Positions 11,211-23,999 of a stretch of 64,000 nt of DNA are shown in pieces. The notes beneath the pieces were generated by a model, which was not told the DNA's origin, did not search any database, and saw nothing but the letters and a program-made list of their open reading frames with translations. Both the position numbers and the translations under genes were made by a program. The stretch is taken from assembly GCA_047967505.1 (NCBI GenBank), contig CM106538.1, one strand, 5' to 3'. Every line of letters starts with the position of its first letter. Position 1 is the stretch's first letter. This DNA comes from Dipteris shenzhenensis (taxonomy: Eukaryota).

Positions 11211-13629
11211 AAAGGTCTCTAGCTACGGATGAAAAAACCCTTGGGGAGCACAAGGGAAAAACCTGAGCTCCTATATACAAATATGTAATGCAGATGTGCA
11301 TTTATATACAAAAGGTCACACATAGGTGTGTTAATCTTGAAAGAGAGAAGCTGCAAGAACTCCAAGTTCTGATCGTAGCACTGTGAAGCGTGCCTCACTA
11401 AGTCCTTTAGTGAGAATATCTGCAATCATCTGAGAAGTGGGACAATGTTCAATCATTATCATCCCTTTCTTCACTTTATGTCTAACATAATGGTAATGAA
11501 TAGCAATATGCTTGGATTTGACTTTGGGGAAGAATAGGGAGAACTAGAGCAGCCGATGAACCAGAGGATCAAGTCTTAGGCAGACATACAATAGGAGATG
11601 ATGATGTAGGTGATCAATTGTATGTAAACGTCCTTGAGATAGATATATTTCGCACATAAGACTTGGCTCAGAAGCCTCGATGAAGCCATCAATATAAATG
11701 CTACTGATTCATAGTTTTGACATTGACAAGACTTCTTATGTGTGATTTGGCCCTCACATTTTTATAGTAACATTTTGTACATTAATTTGTACGTTCAGTT
11801 CACTATCAATATATGAGTGTTTTGATCTCAATTTTGGTGTACATACTCTTATATTTTTTATCTTTCAAATGACGAAACTTGTGGTTCAAAATTATTTTGA
11901 GAACCTTGGAAATGACGTTCTGTAAAAACGTCGGTATGGAAAATTGTACCCAGAAGTTGGTGAAGGCATCAGTGCAAGGGTTGGTAGTAGTTGTATGGTA
12001 GTCGGTATGTATGTCAGTATAGGGGTCGGCATATATGCACCCCTATACCAACATACATATCGACTACCATATCGTCTACTATTTTGACGTCTACACCAAC
12101 ACCTTTCCCGCCCGCCAACCGTGCCGATGATCTTCAAGCCTGCACTTGCAAAGCATCGATATAGACATCATTGGAAAGAGGCCCGTGTCTTGTAGTGATA
12201 TACCAGTAACTAGGCTAGCTTAGACTTATGTGATTATCCTAGACTATCTGGGTGGTCGGAACATCATGCAATATATCACCGAGTTCGTTCAAGGTCAAAT
12301 AGTATTTATGTGAATGTCATGAACCAGCATGTTTAAACAAAAAATATATAGATATTTATTTCACAAGATCCCTGGTTGCTGTCAAGGCTATAAGAGAAAC
12401 ATAAGCAAATTTTTTCTATAAGTGGTATGTTCATTTACGAACATTTCCATGTTTACATTTCAAGACATTGCTACCATGAAATTTAGAACAAATAACAATA
12501 TTTAGCTTCATTCATAGTTCCACATCCAAAAATTGATGTGGCTATTTGGCACATGTAACTTAGAACATATGTAAGCTTGCTAGTCCTCAAGAGAGAGAAA
12601 TAATCCAATTGTCTTGCCCCCTCCTGACATGATTGGATGATTATGAGTGTGGTATTCTACCTAGCATGGGATGGCATGCAACCTTAGATCCCTCTCTCTC
12701 CCAAGTAAGCATCTATTAGCAACATCATCATTTGCAACATTATGCTATGTGGACAAATGTCGGTATTTCACACACACTAGTGAAATAGATATAAGCATTA
12801 CTTGTAGAAGCACATACAAGTACTCTTTTTACTAGACTCTAAGCTAGCATACTTTGTAGACCTCGAGATATCTTTTCCACATAAGTGTGGTTTCATGGGG
12901 TACAAATTGTAATATATTAACAAGCTCATATCTAGATTTTCTCACGTGATAACACATGCAAAAGAAGGATCATAAACCTATGTATACTACGATTTATCCA
13001 CACAAGTGCATCATAATTTTGCGAGTTGCGACAAGCCGGAAATTGTGAGCTCCACAACCAGCTAGACTTTGAGCGAGATGAAAATGGCTGACATAGCAAG
13101 CCCACAACCATTTCAAGTCAAGTATCCTCTCTACACTCTAGGATTTTTTTAGTACGTATTTTTAAAGAAAAGTATGTGTTTTTTGAATTAAAAATGCATG
13201 TGGATGTTCAAAATGCAAAAAACTCATTTTTTATAATCGGTCAATGTGCACCGGTTGGCCCACTATATACTGATCGGTGAAAAAATACCGGTCGATGAAT
13301 CACTACACCAACCGGTATATAATAAACCGATCGGTGAAATAAAACACCGGTCGGTATGTTCATGAAAATACCAATCGGTGTAGTGAAATACCGATCGGTG
13401 TGCATCAACCGAACACATTGCATACATGCATTGGCTGCAAAAATTGGCCAGCATGTAGACATACCGGCCGGTATGTCAAGTCGGGTTCTATAAAAGGCAC
13501 GTTCGCATCATTTTTTCCCACCTCTCACCAAAATTCACTGTAGTTTTCCATTGTTTTGTGCATCCGTGCCATTTTTCATTTCTCCTTCAGGATTTTGGTG
13601 AGCTTCTAACCTCAAAATTGTTCTTAGTT

Positions 13630-14165
13630 AGGGTCGAGTGATGGCTCACTTCGACCGGTTGGATTCACCTCGCCTTAGCTGAGAGAAAAGAGAGAGAAAT
13701 ATGTTATATGTTTGTGCTTGCTTGCTTCTGTACATGTGTGTGTGTGTGCTTGCATGATGTGTTTCACTTGGGGCCAGATGAAGACTCGCTTCAGCCAGTT
13801 GGATTCATCTTGCCTCGAGTGATATTCTAGTAGTATCATGATTAAGGTCGGGTGATGGCTTGCTTCGGCCAGTTGGATTCACCTTGTCCCAATTGAGAGA
13901 AAAATAGAGAAAGAGGAATATGTGTGATGCTTATCACTTGGGGCAAGATGATGACTTGCTTCAGTTGGTTGGATTCATCTCGCCTTAAGTGATGTTCTAT
14001 TAGGTAGTATCATGATCAAGGTTGGGTGATGGCCCACTCTGACCAGTTGGATTCACCTCGCTTTGGTCTAGTATCATATATTCATATATGTTGTACGTAG
14101 TTGTCAATAGAGCTGGTTATTGTCTGGATGATAGCTCACTTTGGCTGGCTGGATTCATCTCAACG
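13630..14165 (+). repeat. Six dispersed ~45-bp hairpin-forming repeats
   Basis: Consensus GG..GRTGATGRCTCGCTTCRGCCRGTTGGATTCAYCTCGCC at ~13630, 13770, 13845, 13940, 14020 and 14120. Further copies occur at 61705-61955. Confidence 0.85.
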
Positions 14166-14869
14166 ACAACCTTCCCAATGAGCTCAAGATGTGTGATCAC
14201 ACAATGTTGATCTAGATCATCTTGCTCATTACATTGTGATTGCAGTTATATTTTTTCATGTTTCACCTTTTATAGCCTATCCTTCTTCGATAGCTTGATA
14301 GGGTTTTTGGAGTAATTTGTATGAGGCATGTGCATAGATCTCAATTTTATTTCTTAAATTTTTTTGCATTCATTTTTGTAATGACTGTTGAGTGTTAACA
14401 TAATGCATTAAGATAGGGCCTAGATATCTCAATTACTTAATTGCTATGCGTTGGTTTTTGTATGTACACATCGTGACTCATCGTGGTAGTAGAACCTCAC
14501 GATTGCTTATGTAATGATTGTTTTGTGAATTAGATCCATACCTCTACCTTCCTCATGGCAACGACCCCTTCAAAGAGAGAGAGACACACTTGGAGAATCA
14601 AGTTGCAACACCTTGTCCGTAGGGTGTGCATTCGACATATTATATCATTAAGGAGAAAATAAGAGATATTTCACATACCAAGTCTAAGCTGGATGAAATG
14701 CATCACTGCATACTTGCTCAATTTGGGATGAGGCACGGAGAGGTGGAGCGAACAGAGGAGAAAGAGGCTCTACTAAATTTCCTACCTAGAGTGATGGGTC
14801 ATATAGTTGTACAATGGGAAATGGTAAAGCAGTGAGAGCCCTTGAGAGACACAGCAAGGTCAAAGTTGG

Positions 14870-15772
14870 ATAGGTGGCTTGTAGAAAAGAGGTCCCGCTC
14901 AACAGTCCACCATGCCATGTAAGCATTGCCTAAACTTGGATCTTTCACTTCTAGTTTTGAAATGGCAGACCATACCGGGCTCATTGCATCAGCCGCATCA
15001 GCTATTCTCTTCCAAAGGCTAGCAATGTGAGCCATTTGCTTTATCTTTATGAATTCAGTCCGAGCGTTTTGTGTGGTTGACTCAACTATCCACTTGCTAG
15101 CTTCTATATTGAATAATGTCTCCATTACAACTCCATGTAGCTTGAGCAAACGGTCCAACATTATATAGTTTGTTCCGAAACGTGTTTCGCCAGGTTTCAA
15201 AAATTGTAGTGGATGTTTTGCAAGTCGGTGTTTCTTGAATATGCCCAACAATCTCTCGTGGTTGAGGAAGTATAATACTAATATTTTTCCTTCATCTACA
15301 ATAGCTTTGAACCACACAATCTCTACTGATTTATACCAATCCTCAAGCACAAGGTCAAGGGAATGGCAAGAGCACGATGATGCCCAAATGGTAGGATATT
15401 TTCGATTTATAAAATTTCCAGCTTTCCTACAGTTCTTCACATTATCAGTGATTATCTAAACAATGTTATGCTCCCTAACATCTAGGATTGCAGCCTCCAA
15501 TTATTCAACAATGTATTCACCTATCTTGGCATTACCACTTGTGTCGATGGATTGACGAAAATCCTCCCCCTTAAATGTCACTACCATGATATTGATAAGA
15601 GGCCTCTTGGTGACATTTTTCCATCCATCAATAACAATGGTGCATCCTATTCTCTCAATACCATGGTATACTACTTGCTCCATCTCTAGTTTCATCCTCT
15701 CATAGTATGCATCCAGGTAGTTGTTGCGGATAGCATTGTAACTCGACAACGTAAAGCCTGGACCCGCCTTTT
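14870..15772 (-). pseudogene. hAT transposase core (DUF659-type), C-terminally truncated
   Basis: Motifs GCTIVIDGWKNVTKRPLINIM, ITDNVKNCRKAG, IWASSCSCHSLDLVLED and LKPGETRFGTNYIMLDRL. One in-frame stop is present and the dimerisation domain is absent. Confidence 0.92.
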
Positions 15773-16295
15773 TACTACAAGGCATAGGCCCTTTTCCGAT
15801 GAAAATACCGACGCTTTTTACATTAATTTTTTTTTAAAACAGACACAAACGTCGTTATTAAAGTCATTAAAAGCGTCAAAAAAGAACCGTCGCTATAAAC
15901 TGTCGCTATATAGCGACACTGACAAATGTTGCTATATAGCGACACTGATAATCGTCACTATATAACGACACTGGTAAATGTTGCTATATAGCGACGATTA
16001 ACAGAACTTAAAAAAAACATTAGTGGGGCTAAACAGGGCCATAGCAAGCCCTGTTTTGCCCCACTAATGCTTTTTTTTTGTAATTACAAAAAAAAGAAAT
16101 TTATTACAAAATTTCGCTTGCGAAAAGGGTGATACAAAATCGCTCAAATGAAATGATCGAGCAACAGAGGCATATACATGTCGAACATATATAACATTGT
16201 TTGTTACAAAATTACCCTTTCGAAAAGGGTGATACAAAATTGCTCAAACGAGCGGATATACAAAATGACATACATGGCGAAGTATATGCAAACTG

Positions 16296-16337
<42 letters not shown>

Positions 16338-16345
<8 letters not shown>

Positions 16346-17417
16346 TCAAATCATCCTCGTCCTCATCCTCATCTTATTGGCTTGATCCTTGGTCCTCGTG
16401 AGTTGCGCCTTCTCCCTGATCCTCGTCATGTGCATCTGATCCTTGGCCCTAGTGATCGCTCACCTTCGGTGATGGGACGCTCGAGCTTTGACCCTAAGAG
16501 TGAACCATATAAATTGAAAATTAGATTGGAACTTAAAGAATAATACAATTTAAAAAGTGAGATTACAAGTAGGAGTAGACTTATACTGTGTTAGTAGCCA
16601 CCTCAGCCCAATTGACCGTCGCTCCCATTGCCTCTTGCTCAATAAACCACGGCTTTGTTCCTATGTGAAATGCGCGTCACGTCTCTGCATCTATAGGAAG
16701 ATGACCCATCACAACTTGCTGTGGATCCAATTTATGAGAAAGTGCATGTAATATGTAATAAAACAAATAGAACAATACATTAAATGAGAAGAAGTAGACT
16801 TATCATGGTTGCCTCGAACGCCAACCGTCCGCCTGTACCAAAGTGCGAAGTACCTACGATGTCCAACCATCTCTTTGTAGCCCTCCTCTGACCCTCGAAT
16901 ATTTCGGGATGGTCCCTATTCTGCTTCTTGAAGAACTTCCAATCAGCTTTGTCTGCCCAGCTGGGTTTAGCCATCCCCTTTGTGATGCAAGTACGCAAGG
17001 TTGATCTACGGTGCTTCAAGACCAAACCCATGCACTCTCGCATATAATTCTCATTAAACTCATAATTTGGTCGGTTAGGGTATTTTTGTTTTAATTCTCG
17101 ATGACCGCCTACTTCTTTTGGTCATCTTGATACCGCCAATCGATAGCAATGCCGCTCTTGAAGTGATGGCTCATCAACCGCCTCATGGTGGCCATCACTG
17201 CTTTGCCCTTTCTATTTTCTACTATCTCTCTAGCAGCTGTGATTTGATAGGAGTGATCCTCTGATGAGTAAGGAGGACTGATGATAGTAGAGTCTAAAGG
17301 AGTGGAAGCTATGCGAGCACTTTCGGAGCGAGTAGCAGTGGGAGTAGGAGAGGGCAAGGGACCTGACTGATATTGTGTCTTCGGACCAAGTGGAGACCTG
17401 TAGAGATGTGAGTGTGC
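16338..17417 (-). pseudogene. CACTA accessory gene (TnpA/Ptta-like), 3' part
   Basis: Motifs IDWRYQDD, KPSWADKADWKFFK and SHFGTGG. Inverted copy of ~22000-23087. Confidence 0.85.
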
Positions 17418-18444
17418 GCATGCCATGTCATCAACTCTGCTACGTATTTGCATCGGAACATGTATTATATTCTTGCAATGATGGGAAAGTGTCTCAAGAC
17501 CTTTATTAGTATCCGCTCACCTTGCAAGTCATCTCTATATCATTGTTCCCCACACTTTGGACAACTAGCCAAATCTCCATGCTCATGATGAAAGAGAATA
17601 CAATCATTACGGCAAGCATGGATGGTATCATAATCCATACCCACTGTTGTTAGCATTTTTTCGCTTCATCTCTTGATGCGGGTATGGTATTTGGTGTAGG
17701 CAACATCTTTTGGAGCAACCTATGACAATTCAAACATACATAGGCTTCGAACAATGATAATTCGGTATACACTATCCAAATGATGATTCTCAAAACAAAC
17801 ATAATGATTCTCAGAACAAATAATATCCAAATAATGAGTCAAATTAAAGCAAGAGCTAACCTCATTAAGGCCGAGACACTTGTATCCGACCACCCATACT
17901 TTACTTGCAGATTCAAGATTGAGATACAAGCACGTAGTTTAGACATCCTAGCACCCTCGTACAATTCTGTTGATTGCAACTCTCGCATTTTGACCTCAGA
18001 CTCTGACATCATGTGTACATTGGATATAGTGCCCCTAAAAATAGAATCCATCATGTTGACCATACCCTCGTCATCATCCAGGAGACTATAGTCTTGCTCA
18101 AAGTGTGAAGGTATATGCATACCCTCGTCAGCCTCCTCATCCTGTTTTAAAATTTCGTGTAAATATAAGATCTTGTATTTCCTCGTATCCAATAAGAATG
18201 CGAACTTAAATAGCTTTGACTTACCGATAGTCCATCAACACATGCAACACCAACGATGGGTACTGGTTCGGGCTCCTCCCCATACATCCACAAGTGGCGC
18301 ATGATAATACGACGTTGATGTTGTACTTCTCGCTTGCAATGAGTACAATGATAGTATAACCTCTCTGTAAGCCACTTTGTGCTCCCGGGTGTTGGCACAT
18401 CATCGAACGAGCTTCCACTCTGAGCTTCCACTCGTCGCTTCCAT
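17418..18444 (-). pseudogene. CACTA transposase 5' part (inverted segment B)
   Basis: Motifs CTHCK...RHLWMYG, LNLQVKYGWSDTSVSALMR, YDTIHACRNDCILF...CPKCG, KVLRHFPII and LMTWHA, the typical En/Spm TnpD N-terminus. Confidence 0.9.
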
Positions 18445-19289
18445 CTATACTTATAAAATCACAACATAAGTTGCAAGAAAATATATTAACAGTTATAAAA
18501 TAGCATCTATGAGCTTCCCTTCAACTTAAAACAAAAAGTGTCTTAAAGCGTCGCTATATAGCAACGTTTTGCTCTGTTCCATCGCTATATAGTGACGAAA
18601 AAGCATCGCTATATAGCGATGCTGTGGGTTAAAACCGAAACTCGACGCTATGCATGGCACTTTCTTTAGCACTCTCTAATCTTTCAAGTAAGCAAGGCAA
18701 TCTCTCCTCCCACCTATTTCTGATGACCTCCCACCTATTTTCGACAACCTCCCACTCTATTCTCTACTCCTCACCCTTCTCCTAGCTCTTGTGCTCCCTC
18801 TCCACCCTTCTCCCTCTTTAGTTTATTGAAAGGAAGTTTTTCAAGAGGTGAGTCTGTTTCAACAATGTAGGTTATTTGTTTGTTAGCTTTAGTTTTTTGA
18901 ATGCTTCTCCTTGTATTGCTAAACCTGTAAACTAGTTTTCATGCTTGTTTTCAAAGGATTGAAACAAAAAATGAGATTTTAAGAAAGAAAGAAGACTCAC
19001 CTCTTCTTTCCCTTTTTTGTATTTCTCTTTCTTCTCTTTCTTCTTGTCTCCTCAATCTCCTCCTTTCAAGAAGTTACTTTTGTAATCTCCTCCTTCCTCT
19101 AACATCTTATTTGAAAAATGCTATGTTTTCTCTCTTTTGTAGGGCCACTCCACAACACCGAGCGGGATGTACTATTTCAGATAAGTGCTTTCTCTTTTTT
19201 CCATTTGCTATTTTTGTTATTTGCATTGGCCTATAGCTAATGCCTTAAGCGCTAGCTACAGTGATGGGCGTAGGAACCCTCTCTTCGCC

Positions 19290-21480
19290 TCTCTTTCCTC
19301 TTCTTTCCCTCTTCTCTCCTCTTCTTTCCCTCCTTTCCTTCTTCTCTCCTTGAATCTTTCAATCTCTTTCCTTCTCTTTTCCCCTCTTTCCTTTCCCTCT
19401 TCTTCTCTCTTTCTTTTCCTCTTCTTCTCTATTTTCCTCTTTTTCCCTCTTTCCTTTCTCTCTTTGCCCCTTCTCTTATGCTCATGCATAAGCATAAGCA
19501 TGAGCATATGTTTCATGCTTATGCTTATGCATGAGCATAACAGAAGTAGACACATGCATGAGCATATGTCTCTTTTTCCCTCTTTCCTTTCCCTCTTTCC
19601 CTCTTCTTCTCTCTTTCTCCTTTCTCTTATGCTCATGCATAAGCATAAGCATGAGCATATGCTCATGCTTATGCTTATGCATGAGCATAAGAGAAGTAGA
19701 CATATGCTCATGCATAAGCATGGGCATATGTCTATTTTTCCCTCTTTCCTTTCCCTTTTCTTCTCTCTTTCTTTCCCTCTTTTTCCCTCTTTCCTTTACC
19801 TCTTCTTTTCTCTTTCCCCCTTCTCTTATGCTCATGCATAAGTATAAGCATGAGCATTTGCTCACACTTATGCTTATGCATGAGCATAAGAGAAGTAGAC
19901 ATATGCTCATGCATAAGCATGAGCATATGTCTCTTTTTCCCTCTTTACTTTCTCTCTTTCCCTCTTCTTCTCTCTTTCCCCCTTCTCTTATGCTCATGCA
20001 TAAGCATAAGCATGAGCATATGCTCATGCTTATGCTTATGCTTATGCATGAGCATAAGAGAAGTAGACATATGCTCATGCATAAGCATGAGCATATGTCT
20101 CTTTTTCCCTCTTTCCTTTCCCTCTTCTCTCTTTCTTTCCCTCTTTCTCATTTTTCAATCTCTCTTTCCTTTCTCTCTTCTTCTCTCTTTTCCTCTTTTT
20201 CCCTCTTTCCTTTCCCTCTTCTTCTCTCTTTTCCTCTTTCCTTTCCCTCTTCTTCTCTCTTTCTTTCTCTCTTTTTCCCTCTTTCCTTTTCCTCTTCTTC
20301 TGTCTTTCCCCCTTCTCTTATGCATGAGCATAAGAGAAGTAGACATATGCTCATGCATAAGCATGAGCATATGTCTCTTTTTCCCTCTTTACTTTCCCTC
20401 TTTCCCTCTTCTCCTCTCTTTCTTTCCCTCTTTTTCCCTCTTTCTTTTACCTCTTCTTCTCTCTTTCCCCCTTCTCTTATGCTTATGCATAAGCATAAGC
20501 ATGAGCATATGCTCATGCTTATGCTTATGCATGAGCATAAGAGAAGTAGACATATGCTCTTATGCTCATGCATAAGCATAAGCATGAGCATATGCTCATG
20601 CTTATGCTTATGTATGAGCATAAGAGAAGTAGATATATGCTCATGCATAAGCATGAGCATATGTCTTTTTTTCCCTCTTTTTCTCTTTTTCTTTCCCTGT
20701 TTCTCATTTTTCAATCTCTCTTTCCTTTCCCTCTTCTTCTCTCTTTTCCTCTTTTTCCCTCTTCCCTTTCCCTCTTCTTCTCTCTTTTCCTCTTTCCTTT
20801 CCCTCTTCTTCTCTCTTTCTTTCCCTCCTTTTCCCTCTTTCTTTTCCCTCTTCTTCTCTCTTCCCCCCTTCTCTTATGCTCATGCTTATGCTTAGTAGAC
20901 ATATGCTCATGAATAAGCATGAGCATATGTCTCTTTTTCCCTCTTTTCTTTCCCTCTTCTTCTCTCTTTCCCCCTTCTCTTATGCTCATGCATAAGCATA
21001 AGCATGAGCATGAGCATAAGAGAAGTAGACATATGCATGAGCATAAGAGAAGTAGAGGATATGTCTCTTTTTCCCTCTTTACTTTCCCTCTTTCCCTCTT
21101 CTTCTCTCTTTCTTTCCCTCTTTTTCCCTCTTTCCTTTCCCTCTTCTTCTCTCTTTCCCCCTTCTCTTATGCTCATGCATAAGCATAAGCATGAGCATAT
21201 GCTCATACTTATGCTTGTGCATGAGCACAAGAGAAGTAGACATGTGCTGATGCATAAACATGAGCATATGTCTCATTTTCCCTCTTCTTCTCTCTTTCTT
21301 TCCCTCTTTCCCCTTTTCAAATCTCTCTTTTCTTTCCCCCTTCTCTTATGCTCATGCATAAGCATAAGCATGAGCATATGTCTCCATCTCTTATGCTTAT
21401 GCTTATCATGCATATGTCTCTTCTTTTCCTTTCCCTCTTCTTCCTCTTTTCCTTTGCCTATGCCTATGCCTATGCCTATG
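19290..21480. repeat. Intronic low-complexity array alternating CT-rich blocks with GCATAA/TTATGC palindromes
   Basis: 19622-19695 is a perfect 74-bp palindrome repeated with variants. The array ends before the AG acceptor at 21527-21528. It is the source of many spurious ORFs. Confidence 0.92.
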
Positions 21481-21530
21481 CTTATGTTTGTTTTTTATTT
21501 TTTGTTTTCGTGTTTGTGTCTATGTTAGAC

Positions 21531-23087
21531 ATGGGATCACGTCGCACATCCAACGAGTATGGACAGCCTCACAGGAGGAGAGCTCACGAGCTATATGCTC
21601 CAGAGGACTTTGATTCCTCTCAGGCGACTACCCCGAGGACTACCCCTGGACTCCTCTCAAACCTAGCACTATGACTACCCCTGGTCCGAATCCTCTCGGA
21701 TGTAGCACTGCGACTACCCATCGGGAAACTCCTTTGCTAGCCATGCATGGCTTTGTCAGGAGTCCCGACAAGTTTGTAGCATAGATGAGCGATGAGGAGG
21801 CAGCGAGATTCTTCTCTCTACTATCTTAGAGAACCTCAGCAATTCCCTCCCCTACACCGACGGCTGGACGTACTGCCCAGCCATCCCCTCATGTCCCTTC
21901 GACCAAGGGGTCATCACCTACGCATGCCTCTCGTAAGGGAAGGAAGAGTAGGAAGGGCAGCTTATGTTGTGCTGACTCGAGAGATGTAGACGAGTCAGCA
22001 CACTCACATCCCTACAAGTCTCCACTTGGTTTGGAGACACAATATCAGTCAGGTCCCTTGCCCTCTCCTACTCCCACTGCTACTCGCTCCGGAAGCGCTC
22101 GCATAGCTTCCACTCCTTTAGACTCTACTACCATCAGTCCTTCTTACTCATTAGAGGATCTCTCCTATCAAATCACACCTACCAGAGAGATAGTAGAAGA
22201 TAGAAAGGGCAAAGCAGTGATGGCCACCATGAGGCGGTCGATGAGCCATCACTTCAAGAGCGGCATTGCTATCGATTGGCGGTATCAAGATGACCAAAAG
22301 AAGCCGGCGGTCATTGAGAATTAAAACAAAAATACCCTAACCGGCCAAATTGGGAGTTTAATGAGAATTATATGCGAGAGCGCATGGGTTTGGTCTTGAA
22401 GCACCGTAGATCAACCTTGCGTACTTGCATCACGAAGGGGATGGCTAAACCCAGCTGGGTAGATAAAGCTGATTGGAAGTTCTTCAAGAAGCAGAATAGG
22501 GACCATCCCAAAATGTTCAAGGGTCAGAGGAGGGTTGCGAAGAGACGGCTGGACATCGTAGATACTTCGGACTTTGGTGCAAGTGGATGGTTGGCGTTTG
22601 AGGCAACCATGGTAAGTTTACTTCTTCTCATTTAATGTATTGTTCTATTTGTTTTACTACATATTACATGCACTTTAGTTAACTCTAACTCTCATAAATT
22701 GGATCCACAGCAAGCTGCGATGGGTCGTCTTCCTACAGATTCAGAGACGTGATGCGCATTTCACATAGGAACAAAGCCGTGGTTTATTGAGCAAGAGGTA
22801 ATGGGAGCGATGGTTGATTGGGCTGAGGTGGCTGCTCGCACGGTATAAGTCTACTCCTACTTGTAATCTCACTTTTTAAATTGTTTTATTCTTTAAGTTC
22901 CAATCTAATTTTCAATTTATATGGTTCACTCTTAGGGGGTCAAAGCTCAAGCATCCCATCATTGGAGGCGAGCGATCACCAGGTCCAAGGATCAGATGCA
23001 CGTGACGAGGATCAGGAAGAAGGCACAGCTCACGAGGACCAAGGATCAGGCCAACAAGACGAGGACGAGGACGATTCGGATGAGTAG
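21531..23087 (+). pseudogene. CACTA accessory gene (TnpA/Ptta-like) in inverted segment B
   Basis: ORF fragments 22031-22324, 22372-22635 and 22881-23087 with GT-AG introns. Followed by a second left terminus ...CTTGTAGTA at 23618. Confidence 0.85.
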
Positions 23088-23618
23088 TAGTAGTAGTTTG
23101 CATTTTCTTTGCCATGTATGTCATTTTGTATATCTGCTCATTTGAGCAATTTTGTATCACCCTTTCGAAAGAATAATTTTGTAACAAGCAATGTTGTATA
23201 TGTTCGACATGTATATGCTTTTGTTGCTCGATCATTTCATTTGAGCGATTTTGTATCACCCTTTTTGCAAGGGAAATTTTGTTACAAAAGGATTTTTTTT
23301 ATAATTACAAAAAAAAAAAGGATTAGTGGGGCTAAACAGGGCCATAGCAAGCCCTGTTTAGCCCACTAATCCTTTTTTTTCAGTTCTATTAATCATTGCT
23401 ATATAGCCACATCTACTAGTATCGCTATATAGCGACAATTATCAGTGTTGCTATATAGTGATGTTTATCATCATCGCTATATAGTGACGCTCTATAGCGA
23501 CAGTTCTTTTACGATGCTTTTAACGACTTTAATAACGACATTTGTGTCCGTGAAAAAAAAAATTTTAATGTAAAAAGCATCAATATTTTCATCGGAAAAG
23601 GGCCTATGTCTTGTAGTA

Positions 23619-23999
23619 TTACAAGAAGATGTTAGAAATGCTATATTCAAGATCTGTGGTATTGTGAGGTATGCTTACTATCAAATCGCATTGATTGCAT
23701 TTTCTTCAACTTAAGCTGATTAATCTGTAGACTAATTATGAAAATATCTTACATGGACATGTAAAATAGGTGGATATCTCAAAAAGAGATCTCCATATCG
23801 AGCATCGAGAAGACTAGTGTGGAATCTATCAAAGTAGTATGCTTGCTTGAGAAGCACTTTCCCTCGAGCATTATGACAACTCAAGTCCACTTGCTTGTGC
23901 ACATAGTTCATGAGGTGGCTATTGCAGGTACCGTTCATAGTCGATGGATGTTTTTTCTTGAGCAATTTATGAAAACTTTGAAGGGATTTGTAAGACAAA
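23619..23999 (+). pseudogene. CACTA A transposase, DUF4218-type region (before insertion C)
   Basis: CLLEKHFPSSIMTTQVHLLVHIVHEVAIAGTVHSRWMFFLEQFMKTLKGFVRQ. Confidence 0.92.

Larger units (their letters stand above)
9180..12197. mobile_element. Internally deleted CACTA element E (left terminus not resolved)
   Basis: The right terminus ...GGCCCGTGTCTTGTAGTG (12197) reads CACTACAAG on the minus strand. GTCGGTAT/ATACCGAC subterminal motifs occur at ~9180-9290 and ~11930-12170. It contains an accessory gene (-) and a transposase tail (~11590-11680). Confidence 0.7.

Noticed and set aside
16018-16080. Rho-independent terminator
   Set aside because: The shape fits, but the DNA is eukaryotic transposon sequence, so it is reported only as a hairpin.
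19185-21528. Long ORFs of up to 454 aa on both strands
   Set aside because: Products of low-complexity CT and GCATAA repeats that lack stop codons, lying in an inferred intron.
15773-23618. Stand-alone CACTA element with long perfect TIRs
   Set aside because: Flanks are unrelated (hAT vs CACTA transposase) with no TSD. The TSD and frame restoration pair 15773 with 32727 instead.
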